A stretch of DNA of 64,000 nucleotides, from positions 32,001 through 96,000 of IMG/VR virus record IMGVR_UViG_3300045988_140928; one strand, written 5' to 3'. Made by a program: the position numbers and the translations under genes. The notes under the pieces were generated by a model that worked only from the letters and a program-made list of their open reading frames with translations, ran no database searches and was not told the DNA's origin. Origin of the DNA: a virus. This document shows, in pieces, positions 17,754 to 26,957 of this stretch (positions are counted from its first letter, which is position 1; the number at the start of each line of letters is the position of its first letter).

Positions 17754-19994
17754 CTAATTAAATTTAATAATAGGACCATCAACTTGATACAATTGCTTAA
17801 CCAACTTTGGGGTAAACTCAGTTTCATTATTCTCAATACAGAACTTATACCAAGGTTCAGCTCCATAATGCCATGAGGTCTTTTCTCTACCTTTATTATA
17901 CTGATCTAAAGCTTGGCGCAACTCTTTTGCCTTTAAGTAAAAAGGTGATTTCCACTTTAATAATTTGTTCTGACCATAAAGAACTAATCCTTCTCGTAAA
18001 GGATATTTTTCATTATAATCTTTAATCATTTCCTCTAGTTCAGCTTTATTCTTAGCAACGCCAATCTTAGTTTCGTCATTAATAACTTGCATTAATTTAG
18101 CACGGGCTGGATTATCAGCTTGTAATAATGAGTCTACTACCTTCCCTTGTGTATTATTAGTAATTACTGCTAAAGGAATTGCAGTCTTCTCTGTATACAA
18201 CTCAATATGAGGATTGTTAATTGGATCTATGATTTCAAAAACAACAGTCGTATTCTGATTAGCAAGATCAGAAAAATACTCATTCTTAAGAAATTCCCAA
18301 TACGTTTGGTGACGTGTATTAGGGAAAGGAATATCTTTTAAAACCTGTTCCCCAAACAAAGAATAAGTATAGTCACCGGCTTTTGAATAACATTTAACCT
18401 GTTTAAATTTTTTATCATAGAAAGTATATACAGGAAAACCATTCCACTTACGGGCTACCTCTACTGGATATTTAATAGTGCCTAAACTGTCTTGGGAACC
18501 CCGCTCATCAATAGCAAAGAATTTATCAAACCCACGTCCAATAATTTGATTATCACGAGAAAACAACCCACGTGCTTTAATTCGTTCATTGTTAAACTTA
18601 TTCTTAATAAAGATTTTAGAGTTAAAGTTATTAGCAACAATATCATGATCTAAAGAGGACTGTTTAATATCATGGTCATCAGACAACTTTTCAATTAGAG
18701 ACTTAGTATCAATCCGATCAATTTCATGTGGAATAATCTTATCTTTAGTTAAAGTAACCCAACGAAACTTATCTTCTGCTGTTAAATTAATACTATTATT
18801 TAGTACAAAATGATTAAATTGATTACGATGACCATGAATATTGAATGATAAAGGGTCTTTATAAGTACTCCATATTTTATCAACATCTCGATCATAAGGA
18901 TTATGTGTCTCATTATCTGGAACACCCATTACAAACTCTTCTTCATTAGCTAAGCCTAAAAAATTCGCAGAAGGCTCTAAACCAGCGTGAGTAATATAAA
19001 AACGCTTACGATCCCAGATAAAATAAAGATAGTCTAAAAATTTGTCTTCCATCTTATCAATTCGGCGATCAAGTTCTTTTTCTCCATACTTACTAAGTAA
19101 AACATCTAAAGTTTGGTGACCAAACTGACCAGTCTTTCTTCTTTGATTACGCCAAATCTCCCATGACAATTCATGATTTCCTCGCAAAAAGAATAAGTTA
19201 CTACCCGACAACTCACTAGTAATAAAATCAAATACCTTATCAGAAGCTGAACCACGATCTAAATAATCACCAACAAAAACATAAGCAGTTCCCGACTCAT
19301 GATTATCGAATACCTTTTCTAAAGCACTCATATCACCATGCACATCACCAATTATTTGAATCTTTTTAAACCGCTTATCAAAATCCAAAGGGCTAATATC
19401 TTGATCTAATCCATTATAAATAATACCGAATATATCGTTGTCATTAGACCCAACACTTAGAGGGGGATAGACCTCGGCAGATCTAGGTATGTTTCCACCA
19501 TTATCTAAATAACGATCAACAAACTTCTTAATAGTAGATATTTCAACTCTCTTATAAAAGCTTCTCTTATTATTATAATTACTTAATTGAGCAATTACTT
19601 GATCATACCAATCCTCACCGTACTTATGCTTGCAACGCTTAATCAGATCAGCCATAAAATCAATTACTATAACTTTATAATGATATTTCTTTACTAATTT
19701 ATTAATAGGTGACCAAGCTTTTTTGTATAACATAGTAGAGTCAAATACAGTTGTCATTCCATGCTTCATTCTATTTTCTAGCATCTCATAAGCAGTATTA
19801 AATACTTCTTTATTATATGATTGAGAAATAGATTGATCTAATCCATCTTGACCATTAATGGCAATTGTCTCTGGACTAGCATAAAGCATTCTAATATTAT
19901 CAACCTCAATCGTATAAGGTCCTAAATCATTTTGTTTAATCCAATATGACTTTCCTGAACCGGGTGCCCCTAAAGTAACAATTAATTTTCTCAT
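17754..19994 (-). CDS. three-domain polynucleotide kinase / metallophosphatase / RNA-ligase-type enzyme (bacterial Pnkp-like RNA repair architecture)
   Basis: Start MRKLIVTLGAPGSGKS (P-loop) with GGGAGG SD. Middle domain GDVHGD, GDYLDRG, RGNHE. C-terminus KWNG, EGLVLYG, LLKWKSP resemble nucleotidyltransferase motifs I, IV and V. Confidence 0.65.
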   Translation of the reverse strand: MRKLIVTLGAPGSGKSYWIKQNDLGPYTIEVDNIRMLYASPETIAINGQDGLDQSISQSYNKEVFNTAYEMLENRMKHGMTTVFDSTMLYKKAWSPINKLVKKYHYKVIVIDFMADLIKRCKHKYGEDWYDQVIAQLSNYNNKRSFYKRVEISTIKKFVDRYLDNGGNIPRSAEVYPPLSVGSNDNDIFGIIYNGLDQDISPLDFDKRFKKIQIIGDVHGDMSALEKVFDNHESGTAYVFVGDYLDRGSASDKVFDFITSELSGSNLFFLRGNHELSWEIWRNQRRKTGQFGHQTLDVLLSKYGEKELDRRIDKMEDKFLDYLYFIWDRKRFYITHAGLEPSANFLGLANEEEFVMGVPDNETHNPYDRDVDKIWSTYKDPLSFNIHGHRNQFNHFVLNNSINLTAEDKFRWVTLTKDKIIPHEIDRIDTKSLIEKLSDDHDIKQSSLDHDIVANNFNSKIFIKNKFNNERIKARGLFSRDNQIIGRGFDKFFAIDERGSQDSLGTIKYPVEVARKWNGFPVYTFYDKKFKQVKCYSKAGDYTYSLFGEQVLKDIPFPNTRHQTYWEFLKNEYFSDLANQNTTVVFEIIDPINNPHIELYTEKTAIPLAVITNNTQGKVVDSLLQADNPARAKLMQVINDETKIGVAKNKAELEEMIKDYNEKYPLREGLVLYGQNKLLKWKSPFYLKAKELRQALDQYNKGREKTSWHYGAEPWYKFCIENNETEFTPKLVKQLYQVDGPIIKFN

Positions 19995-19995
19995 T

Positions 19996-20721
19996 TCATA
20001 ACCTCCCATCTACAATAGCAAAAGGGTCAATTAAAGACGTAGGCAAGTCATTAGTTATACCATCTCCAATATAATAGCCAATAAAGTCGTCAACTGGAGT
20101 CACGTCTTTTGTATAGTCTGGTCTAGTAGCTAATAATTCGACATGACGAGGATTATTACTCTCTACTAACCGATGTTTTACATAGTTACTAATAGGATAA
20201 ATTCGATAGAGTAAATCGGTTCTAACTTGTCCTAGAGTTAAGAAATTATCAACCCAGAAATTCTTCTGCTTTTTAGTATGCTTATCGTTAGAAAGTAAAT
20301 CCTCTTGTAATTCTCTAAAAGTCCAAAGACCAGTTTCACGACCCTTTAGCTCTTCAATCAAAAATCCAAAGAATTGGTCTGCTAAATAACCTTCGGGATC
20401 AGCAATCTTAGAATTACGGTCTGGATAGAGAGTTTCCTTATAATTCTTTTCGGGACTATAAAGACGAGTAATAGTCTCAGCGTCATAAGTATGGTATTTA
20501 TGAACATTAACCCGATCTAAATAAACCTTAGGGTAAACACCAATAAAGCCCCGTTTATAAGCACGAGACATACAAATATTACAGAGCTTTTCATCTTTAT
20601 ATTCCCGTACATCTTTTACATCTGGATTAGCATTATAGTTTTCACGACACAAAGAATGATTATGATCCTCTGGATCAACTATGTGCCATTTCTTTTGTAT
20701 ACCTAATCGAAAAATTTTCAT
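19996..20721 (-). CDS. hypothetical protein
   Basis: 241 aa, ATGA-coupled to neighbouring ORFs. Cys pairs are present (CRENY...CNIC). Confidence 0.5.
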   Translation of the reverse strand: MKIFRLGIQKKWHIVDPEDHNHSLCRENYNANPDVKDVREYKDEKLCNICMSRAYKRGFIGVYPKVYLDRVNVHKYHTYDAETITRLYSPEKNYKETLYPDRNSKIADPEGYLADQFFGFLIEELKGRETGLWTFRELQEDLLSNDKHTKKQKNFWVDNFLTLGQVRTDLLYRIYPISNYVKHRLVESNNPRHVELLATRPDYTKDVTPVDDFIGYYIGDGITNDLPTSLIDPFAIVDGRL

Positions 20722-20936
20722 AACAATTTAGCCCTCAACTTTTCAATATACTTATTATGTTGTTCGGTCATTTCATTAGCATAATCAGTCAACTCCCGTT
20801 CTAGCAACATTCTAGTTTGCTCTTTAATCATTTTCATTTTAACATCCAATGTAACAATAGATTCCTCGTTACCATCAGAGTCAAGAGTTAACATAGTCTT
20901 AATAAAATCAAAATAATCTTTATATTTCTTTTCCAT
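20718..20936 (-). CDS. hypothetical small protein
   Basis: Start MEKKYKDYF at 20936 with AAGGAG SD. The longer ORF-track version overlaps the upstream gene. Confidence 0.5.
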   Translation of the reverse strand: MEKKYKDYFDFIKTMLTLDSDGNEESIVTLDVKMKMIKEQTRMLLERELTDYANEMTEQHNKYIEKLRAKLL

Positions 20937-20949
20937 ACTTAATAACTCC

Positions 20950-21297
20950 TTAATAAGATAACGTAGGTAAATTAATAAAATCAACTTTAACATCTTTTGG
21001 GGGTTCACTAATTGCTTTAACACAAGCTTTTAAAATTTCTTGCATTCCATCCCACTTAGCAACGTACTCTTCTGAAATATCCCAAACCCATTCATTGTGA
21101 GTTGTATTAAAGGCTTGTCTAAGAGGACTGGCATAAATATAATACTTAAAATTTAAATTAATAAAACCAACACTACAATAAGAAAGCTGACTAATCTCAC
21201 TAACTTTATCAAGTATATACTTCTTATCCTTACCCTCAAAATATTTAGTTACGTCAACACCCACAGGATTTTCATAGTTGAATGGCTCTACACTCAT
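20950..21297 (-). CDS. hypothetical protein
   Basis: 115 aa, preceded by copy 1 of the duplicated promoter/leader cassette. Confidence 0.5.
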   Translation of the reverse strand: MSVEPFNYENPVGVDVTKYFEGKDKKYILDKVSEISQLSYCSVGFINLNFKYYIYASPLRQAFNTTHNEWVWDISEEYVAKWDGMQEILKACVKAISEPPKDVKVDFINLPTLSY

Positions 21298-21329
21298 TAT
21301 TATACTTCCTTTCCTTAACTTATGTTTTC

Positions 21330-21357
21330 AACATAACACTTTTAGCTAAATATTCAA
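21330..21357 (-). promoter_or_regulatory. promoter, cassette copy 1 (TTGAAT-16 nt-TGtTATGTT)
   Basis: Part of a direct repeat of about 65 nt (21300-21365 vs 21633-21700) that ends in AAGGAAAGGAAG and a start codon. Confidence 0.5.
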
Positions 21358-21395
21358 CTTTCTAGCATAACTATTTCTACTATTGATATGCTATC

Positions 21396-21632
21396 CTACT
21401 TGTTTTTTAATTCTTCTCGTGTTTTAGCAGTTTCTTTATCATTTTCAGCGTCTTCATTACTCTGTTCATTTGATGAATTATCAAACTCAATATCAGTGCC
21501 GAAACAATTAAGTACAAAACACGTAAGCACTCCAGAGATAATTGCCATTAGTATTGAATACCCAAACCAAGCACCCATTACAAATTGAATTACCGAAATA
21601 TAACCAGCCGTTGAAGTCTTAATCATTCTCAT
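21396..21632 (-). CDS. small membrane protein with acidic tail
   Basis: 78 aa, two hydrophobic helices, preceded by cassette copy 2. Confidence 0.5.
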   Translation of the reverse strand: MRMIKTSTAGYISVIQFVMGAWFGYSILMAIISGVLTCFVLNCFGTDIEFDNSSNEQSNEDAENDKETAKTREELKNK

Positions 21633-21665
21633 TTTAATTACTTCCTTTCCTTAACTTATGTTTTA

Positions 21666-21693
21666 AGTATAACACTTTTAGTTAAATATTCAA
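21666..21693 (-). promoter_or_regulatory. promoter, cassette copy 2 (TTGAAT-16 nt-TGtTATACT)
   Basis: Second copy of the promoter/leader repeat. Confidence 0.5.
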
Positions 21694-21751
21694 CTACTTT
21701 TGTACAAAAAAGTAAAATAAAAAAGACTGAATAACAGTCATTTACTCTAAA

Positions 21752-24115
21752 CTAACTAATTAAGTATGTAGCTAAAGGTTGGTAAGCAGTCTTATAATGC
21801 TTAACTATATCCTTAGGACTAGGAATATCAATTGTATGGCCTTTAACCTCTCTACGGTTAACATCAATGGCCTTATGAATAGAAGAACGACTAGCACCTA
21901 CAATCTTTCTAACTTTAGTCATTCCCTCTACCCAGTTACCATCAACAATAAAGTCATGATTATACTTAGTACTCTTCTTAGCTTTTTCTACTAATTTTTT
22001 AGCAACCTCTGAGGTGTAATCATCTGGTCTACAAAAGACAAATCCACCAAGAGATCCTTTTTTATCCTCTAAACAATGCTTAATGTTACGTTCACCTACA
22101 CCTAAAATTTCTGCACATGACCTAATAGACTCAAATTGGAATACTTGTAAAGTCTTAGTACTAATAGCATAGACAGGAGCAAAATGCTTATTAACTTTTT
22201 TAACAACCTTAGGCTTAATAGGTTTAGCTACTTCCTCATTATCACCATTCCAGTCATAATTAGGAAATGCTTTAAGCAATTCAGTCTCTGTATAAACTTT
22301 ATTTTCTTGACGATCGCGGATTAAACGTTCTTCTGTATCGCCTACTGAGTAATGAATACTGTCTTGCTTAGGGTAAGGTTCAATATCAAACTTTAAGGTC
22401 TTACGAGCTTGCTTCTTAAAGGTTTTTGAACCTAAGAACATAATGTAACGATACTTAATTGAACGTAAAATAAAGAAACGGTAATGATGTCCTTTAACCC
22501 ATTTACCACCTTTCTTATCTGGCCCATTATAGCAGAAAATACCAGAATCTGTAGTTCCACAGTATAAGAAATTAGTAGCTTGATAGATTGCTCCAGTATG
22601 GTGCATTCCTTGATCAGCAAAAGAGATAATAAACCAATTGCCTTCTTGTTCTTTCTTTAACTGTCTTAAAGTCCATGAAACAAACCTAGAGGTAATATTC
22701 TTTAAGTTTTGACTTACTTCGTCTTTAATGTATAGTCGGGATAATTCTAGGGTGTTATCTTTATTGGCTAAAGGTGAAATTGAGAAAGCTAAGGATTTGC
22801 GAACGTGAGTATATGTAACCATTCCTACTAGTTGATTTTGGTAATACATTCCATAAGCATACTTACAAGCTACTACCCGGTGCAGGTAATGGTACTTAAC
22901 CATTAATTCATGTAATTCACTACTATCAACTTTCCTAAAGCTAACATCACTAAATTCATCTACTTTATTCATAGTTAAATCTAACCCCCTGCTTTTTAAA
23001 TAATTCATTATTTGTTCTTCTGTACTTTCAGTATAAGGTATTCTGATAAGTTCAATATTATGATCTTTACAATATTTATCCTTTAAATTATCTCTATACT
23101 GCCTATTTTTATAGCTATCTCGCTTATCAAACATTCTATTAGGCTTATAATGTTGTTCACCGTCATATTCTATGCAAAGGTTGTAATCTGGTAAATAAAA
23201 GTCAAAAGGTAATTTACGATTACTATGTGGATTTATACAATCCTCAAATCGTTTTTGAGGAATTGACTTAACCCCTCTTTTATTTAATATTCGTTCAACC
23301 ATTAATTCACCCTTAGAACGATTACAATAGGGACAACGCTCACCCCCAAGAAAGCTATAAGGGGTCATTTTAAATACTCTATTACATTTATTATGCCTAA
23401 TTAATATCTTGGTTTTACTATTTTTATATTTACCTAAAACAGTATATTCTTTATCTACTTGTTGATATACTTCCCGTTTAAATTGACTATCACTCTTTTT
23501 AGCGTTGCCATAACAATATGGGCATCTCTGACCCATTAAGAATTTAGGAGGTTTTACTTGATATACTTTTCCACATTTTAAGTGTTTAATAGTAACGTCT
23601 GTTCTAGCATTAACATAAGGAGTTATTAATTGATACTCTCCTCTATTTTCCCTCTTAACTTTATCTTCAAATTCAAGCTTACTCTTAATATTACGTACCC
23701 TACCACCCCTCTTATAACGACAAGCTGGGCATCTCTGACCTACGGTTAAGAATAAATAAGCAGACATCTTAAAAATATTACCACAATCATTATGTCTAAA
23801 AGTAAGCTTACTATCAGCATTAACATATGTATCACTTAAAAGAGTATAGTGGTTACCAACCTGCTCTCTAACTTCTTTAAGAATTTGACTATAGGTTTTC
23901 TTCTCATGGTGGTTTGACTCACAAGTAGGGCATCTAGTGCCTCTTAAAAAGTTGTTAGGAACTACTTCCCACTCAGTGTTACACTTATTATGTTTCATTA
24001 ATATTTTAGTTTTACTATTCTTATATTCACCTAAAACAGTGTATTCGTTACCTACTAAACCATATACGTCTTGCTTAAACTCTTTAGTTGTTTTTCTTCT
24101 AGTAGACCTTACCAT
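21752..24115 (-). CDS. chimeric protein: zinc-ribbon/PD-(D/E)XK endonuclease module plus GNAT-like (Mom-like?) domain plus two NUMOD1-like DNA-binding modules
   Basis: Start MVRSTRRKTTKEF at 24115 (AAGGAGG SD). The first ~390 aa are colinear with the other three endonuclease paralogues. Then KYHYLHRV...ELSRLYI...FADQGMHHTGAIYQATNFLYCGT. Then VYAISTKTLQVFQFESIRSCAEILGVGERNIKHCL and MTKVRKIVGASRSSIHKAI. Confidence 0.6.
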   Translation of the reverse strand: MVRSTRRKTTKEFKQDVYGLVGNEYTVLGEYKNSKTKILMKHNKCNTEWEVVPNNFLRGTRCPTCESNHHEKKTYSQILKEVREQVGNHYTLLSDTYVNADSKLTFRHNDCGNIFKMSAYLFLTVGQRCPACRYKRGGRVRNIKSKLEFEDKVKRENRGEYQLITPYVNARTDVTIKHLKCGKVYQVKPPKFLMGQRCPYCYGNAKKSDSQFKREVYQQVDKEYTVLGKYKNSKTKILIRHNKCNRVFKMTPYSFLGGERCPYCNRSKGELMVERILNKRGVKSIPQKRFEDCINPHSNRKLPFDFYLPDYNLCIEYDGEQHYKPNRMFDKRDSYKNRQYRDNLKDKYCKDHNIELIRIPYTESTEEQIMNYLKSRGLDLTMNKVDEFSDVSFRKVDSSELHELMVKYHYLHRVVACKYAYGMYYQNQLVGMVTYTHVRKSLAFSISPLANKDNTLELSRLYIKDEVSQNLKNITSRFVSWTLRQLKKEQEGNWFIISFADQGMHHTGAIYQATNFLYCGTTDSGIFCYNGPDKKGGKWVKGHHYRFFILRSIKYRYIMFLGSKTFKKQARKTLKFDIEPYPKQDSIHYSVGDTEERLIRDRQENKVYTETELLKAFPNYDWNGDNEEVAKPIKPKVVKKVNKHFAPVYAISTKTLQVFQFESIRSCAEILGVGERNIKHCLEDKKGSLGGFVFCRPDDYTSEVAKKLVEKAKKSTKYNHDFIVDGNWVEGMTKVRKIVGASRSSIHKAIDVNRREVKGHTIDIPSPKDIVKHYKTAYQPLATYLIS

Positions 24116-24196
24116 TACTACTACCTCCTTACAAGTATTACTATACACCATAGTAAGTTAAATGTAAAGATGGTATATCAAATAATACAAATCAAT

Positions 24197-24232
24197 ATAA
24201 AAAGACGTAAGAACTTAATCATACGTCTTTTT
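24197..24232 (-). terminator. intrinsic terminator after major capsid gene
   Basis: Minus strand AAGACGTA-TGATTAAGTTCT-TACGTCTT followed by TTT. Confidence 0.6.
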
Positions 24233-24251
24233 ATACTTTATTAAATTCTAG

Positions 24252-25769
24252 CTAGTCGATTACACTAGAGGGAATTGACTTAGCTGTTGAGTTGTATAAT
24301 GTGTTATGGAGCAAAGCTACCCGCTTAGGGAAGATCAAAGCTAAACTTCCGTACCAGAGGTAAGCTTGATTTGTTGCAGTGCTGGTAATTGCGAGCGGGA
24401 ATTTAGTGATTGGCGCAAATTCAAGATAACGTACTGTAGTTGGACGATTTTCAATAATGAATACGTCACCAGTACCCGGAATAGTTTCGTTGTTATCTTC
24501 GAATACGATAGTACCGTCACCGGCCATCTTAGAGATAGCTACCCGACCTACAAGCCAGAATTGGTCATCACCCGGAACATCTGACTTTCTGTAAATTGCT
24601 ACATAATCAGGAATGTTAGCAACCATACGATTAAGAGTTGCAGTAATCTTAACAGTATCAGTAGGGTTCTTAACTTGAACCTTAACTTCATCAGAAGGTA
24701 ATGAGTCTTGTTGGCCTACAGCAACTACACGGTAAGTCAAGTCAACACCAACAGACTTGTTAAGAACAACTTTACCATCCTTGTCCTTCTTGTCGTCTGC
24801 CATAAACATACCAGCATCACCAGTAACAACTTCTGCCTTAACAGTTGGAGCTACTGGAGCGTCTTGATCTACAGCACCGTCCATATCAAGCTTCTTATCA
24901 AGGTCCATAATAGTTGAACCATGAAGAGCAATGTTACCACGAGCTGAAATGAACCGTTGAATATCAAGACCAACTTGCATACCAGCACCAGCTGAATTAG
25001 GTTGTAAGATACGTTGTGCGCCAAGGTGTTCGTTAACAAAATCAGCCTTAATACCTACAGGCATGTAAGCATCAGTTGGTGTACCATAACCTTGAGCAAT
25101 CTTAACAGCGGCTAAGTTAAGTGCTTGTGGCGTAAGAGAAGAACCACGCATATCAATCTTGTTATGTTCGTCCATTAACTTTTCAAGACCGTCAAACTCA
25201 AGACCTTCACCGTCTTGTTGAGCCAAGTCTGAGTCACCATAGAAAGTAGCATATTCAATAGCCTTAGCAATGTTGTTAATAGCTGAGATTTCCAACAGGA
25301 TGTTGGTATCAACAGTTGTATTAGCCCATTGCATTGCGAATGAACTACCCTTAGTGTCTACAAGGAACTTAACGTTAACAGTCTTTTGCCGTGCATGAGG
25401 TTCGTTAGAACGAAGCTTAGCAATTTCTGGTTGGAACATTTGGTGTCCTGTACGACCATGTGAGTAGTAAACAGTATACTTTTGAACTGTTTGGTTAACA
25501 GGTACCTTAGCAAGATCCTTATAGATTGTGTAATCTTCGTCTCCATAAGTAGAGATGTTAAGTTCTGGATCTAAAGCTTCCATACGATAAGCGGCACCAT
25601 CTGGTTGTGTTTCTGGTGTAATACCAGTACCAGCAGTAAAGGCTTTAACAACCCGGTCTGCCTTATCATTATTTAAAGACTTATTTAACTTGTCTTCTTG
25701 ATCTTTCTTAAAAACAGACTTTACTACAGTCTTTTTCTTTAATTCTGGCAAAATTTTCATCCTTTCCAT
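24252..25769 (-). CDS. major capsid protein
   Basis: About 500 aa, directly after the scaffold gene in a portal-protease-scaffold-capsid order and followed by a strong terminator. The start may be the second ATG (25760). Confidence 0.7.
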   Translation of the reverse strand: MERMKILPELKKKTVVKSVFKKDQEDKLNKSLNNDKADRVVKAFTAGTGITPETQPDGAAYRMEALDPELNISTYGDEDYTIYKDLAKVPVNQTVQKYTVYYSHGRTGHQMFQPEIAKLRSNEPHARQKTVNVKFLVDTKGSSFAMQWANTTVDTNILLEISAINNIAKAIEYATFYGDSDLAQQDGEGLEFDGLEKLMDEHNKIDMRGSSLTPQALNLAAVKIAQGYGTPTDAYMPVGIKADFVNEHLGAQRILQPNSAGAGMQVGLDIQRFISARGNIALHGSTIMDLDKKLDMDGAVDQDAPVAPTVKAEVVTGDAGMFMADDKKDKDGKVVLNKSVGVDLTYRVVAVGQQDSLPSDEVKVQVKNPTDTVKITATLNRMVANIPDYVAIYRKSDVPGDDQFWLVGRVAISKMAGDGTIVFEDNNETIPGTGDVFIIENRPTTVRYLEFAPITKFPLAITSTATNQAYLWYGSLALIFPKRVALLHNTLYNSTAKSIPSSVID

Positions 25770-25826
25770 TTTACCATTCGTTGTCTATATCTAATATAGA
25801 CATAAGTATGGTTTTTTAATTAAAAA

Positions 25827-26945
25827 CTAAATTTCGTTATATCTTTCAATAAAACTATCGGGAACTGTAGCACCTTTAAGTCCTCGAGTATCAGCTAAAA
25901 GACTCTTTAAAGCCCGCTTACGTTCCAAGTTAACGCCACTTTGTACACCGTCAAAGCCAAGCAATGACTTAGCAATTACATTTTCAAGAGCTTCCTTAGT
26001 AACGCCTTCTTCTTTAGGTGCTTCTACTGACTTGTCAACTGTATCTGCTTCTTCTGAACCAGTAGCAACTGCCTTACCAGTAGGGATTGACTTTTCAGCC
26101 TTATCTTCTTCTGCTGGTTCTTCAACTGATTTTTCAGCTTCATCAGCAGGTTCGTCCACAGACTTCTTAGCTTTATCTTCCTTGTCGTCTTTAGCTCCAC
26201 TGTCTGCACTATCTTCTGGTTCTTGGTTATCATCAGCAGACTTCTTAGCCTTATCCTTTTTATCAGCAGATTCTTCTACGCCAGCATCATCACCGGACTT
26301 TTCAACAGACTTTTCAGCTTGATCTTCAATAGGATCTTGCTTAGCTAAGAATGACTTAGCAATTTCCATAGAAGCCTCTGCTAATTCCTTATAAGACTTT
26401 TGCATTTCAGCCATAGTATCAACAGACTTAGTTAATGCGTCAATTACAGCATTAGTATCAAATGACTTAGAAGCTTCTTCGTGTCCCTTAGGGTCCTCAA
26501 CATCAGCTAATTCTTTATGCTGTTTAGCCTTAGTTTCTTCGGTCTTAGCGTCTGTGTTCTTTTCTACAACAGGTTCGTTTTCTGATTTTTCAGCTTCGTC
26601 AACCGACTTAGTTGACTTATCATCTTTATTACATACGCACTTGCTTAAAGGCTTGCCACACTTCTTGCAAGTTTCTTCGTCTTCTGACTTCTTAGCCTTA
26701 TCAGCAGATTCTTCTACATCATCATCGTCAACGTCTTTGGTTACCTTTTCATTATCGTCTGAAATAGTAGCTTGGTTAACATGCTTTTCAGCTTCATCTG
26801 TAGACTTAGTTGCTTCTTCTTGTGCTTTTACGTCTGAATCAGTCTTTTCAACCTCAGCAGACTTTTCTACCGTATCTTCTGTAGAAGCTAATGACTTACG
26901 AGCTTTATCAATAGCTTCCATAGCATTCTTTAATTTATCAGGCAA
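25827..26945 (-). CDS. scaffolding protein
   Basis: 372 aa, highly acidic and low complexity, with repeated AEKSV/DKAKKS units. Lies between the protease and the capsid gene. Confidence 0.65.
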   Translation of the reverse strand: MPDKLKNAMEAIDKARKSLASTEDTVEKSAEVEKTDSDVKAQEEATKSTDEAEKHVNQATISDDNEKVTKDVDDDDVEESADKAKKSEDEETCKKCGKPLSKCVCNKDDKSTKSVDEAEKSENEPVVEKNTDAKTEETKAKQHKELADVEDPKGHEEASKSFDTNAVIDALTKSVDTMAEMQKSYKELAEASMEIAKSFLAKQDPIEDQAEKSVEKSGDDAGVEESADKKDKAKKSADDNQEPEDSADSGAKDDKEDKAKKSVDEPADEAEKSVEEPAEEDKAEKSIPTGKAVATGSEEADTVDKSVEAPKEEGVTKEALENVIAKSLLGFDGVQSGVNLERKRALKSLLADTRGLKGATVPDSFIERYNEI

Positions 26946-26957
26946 AATTAATCCTCC

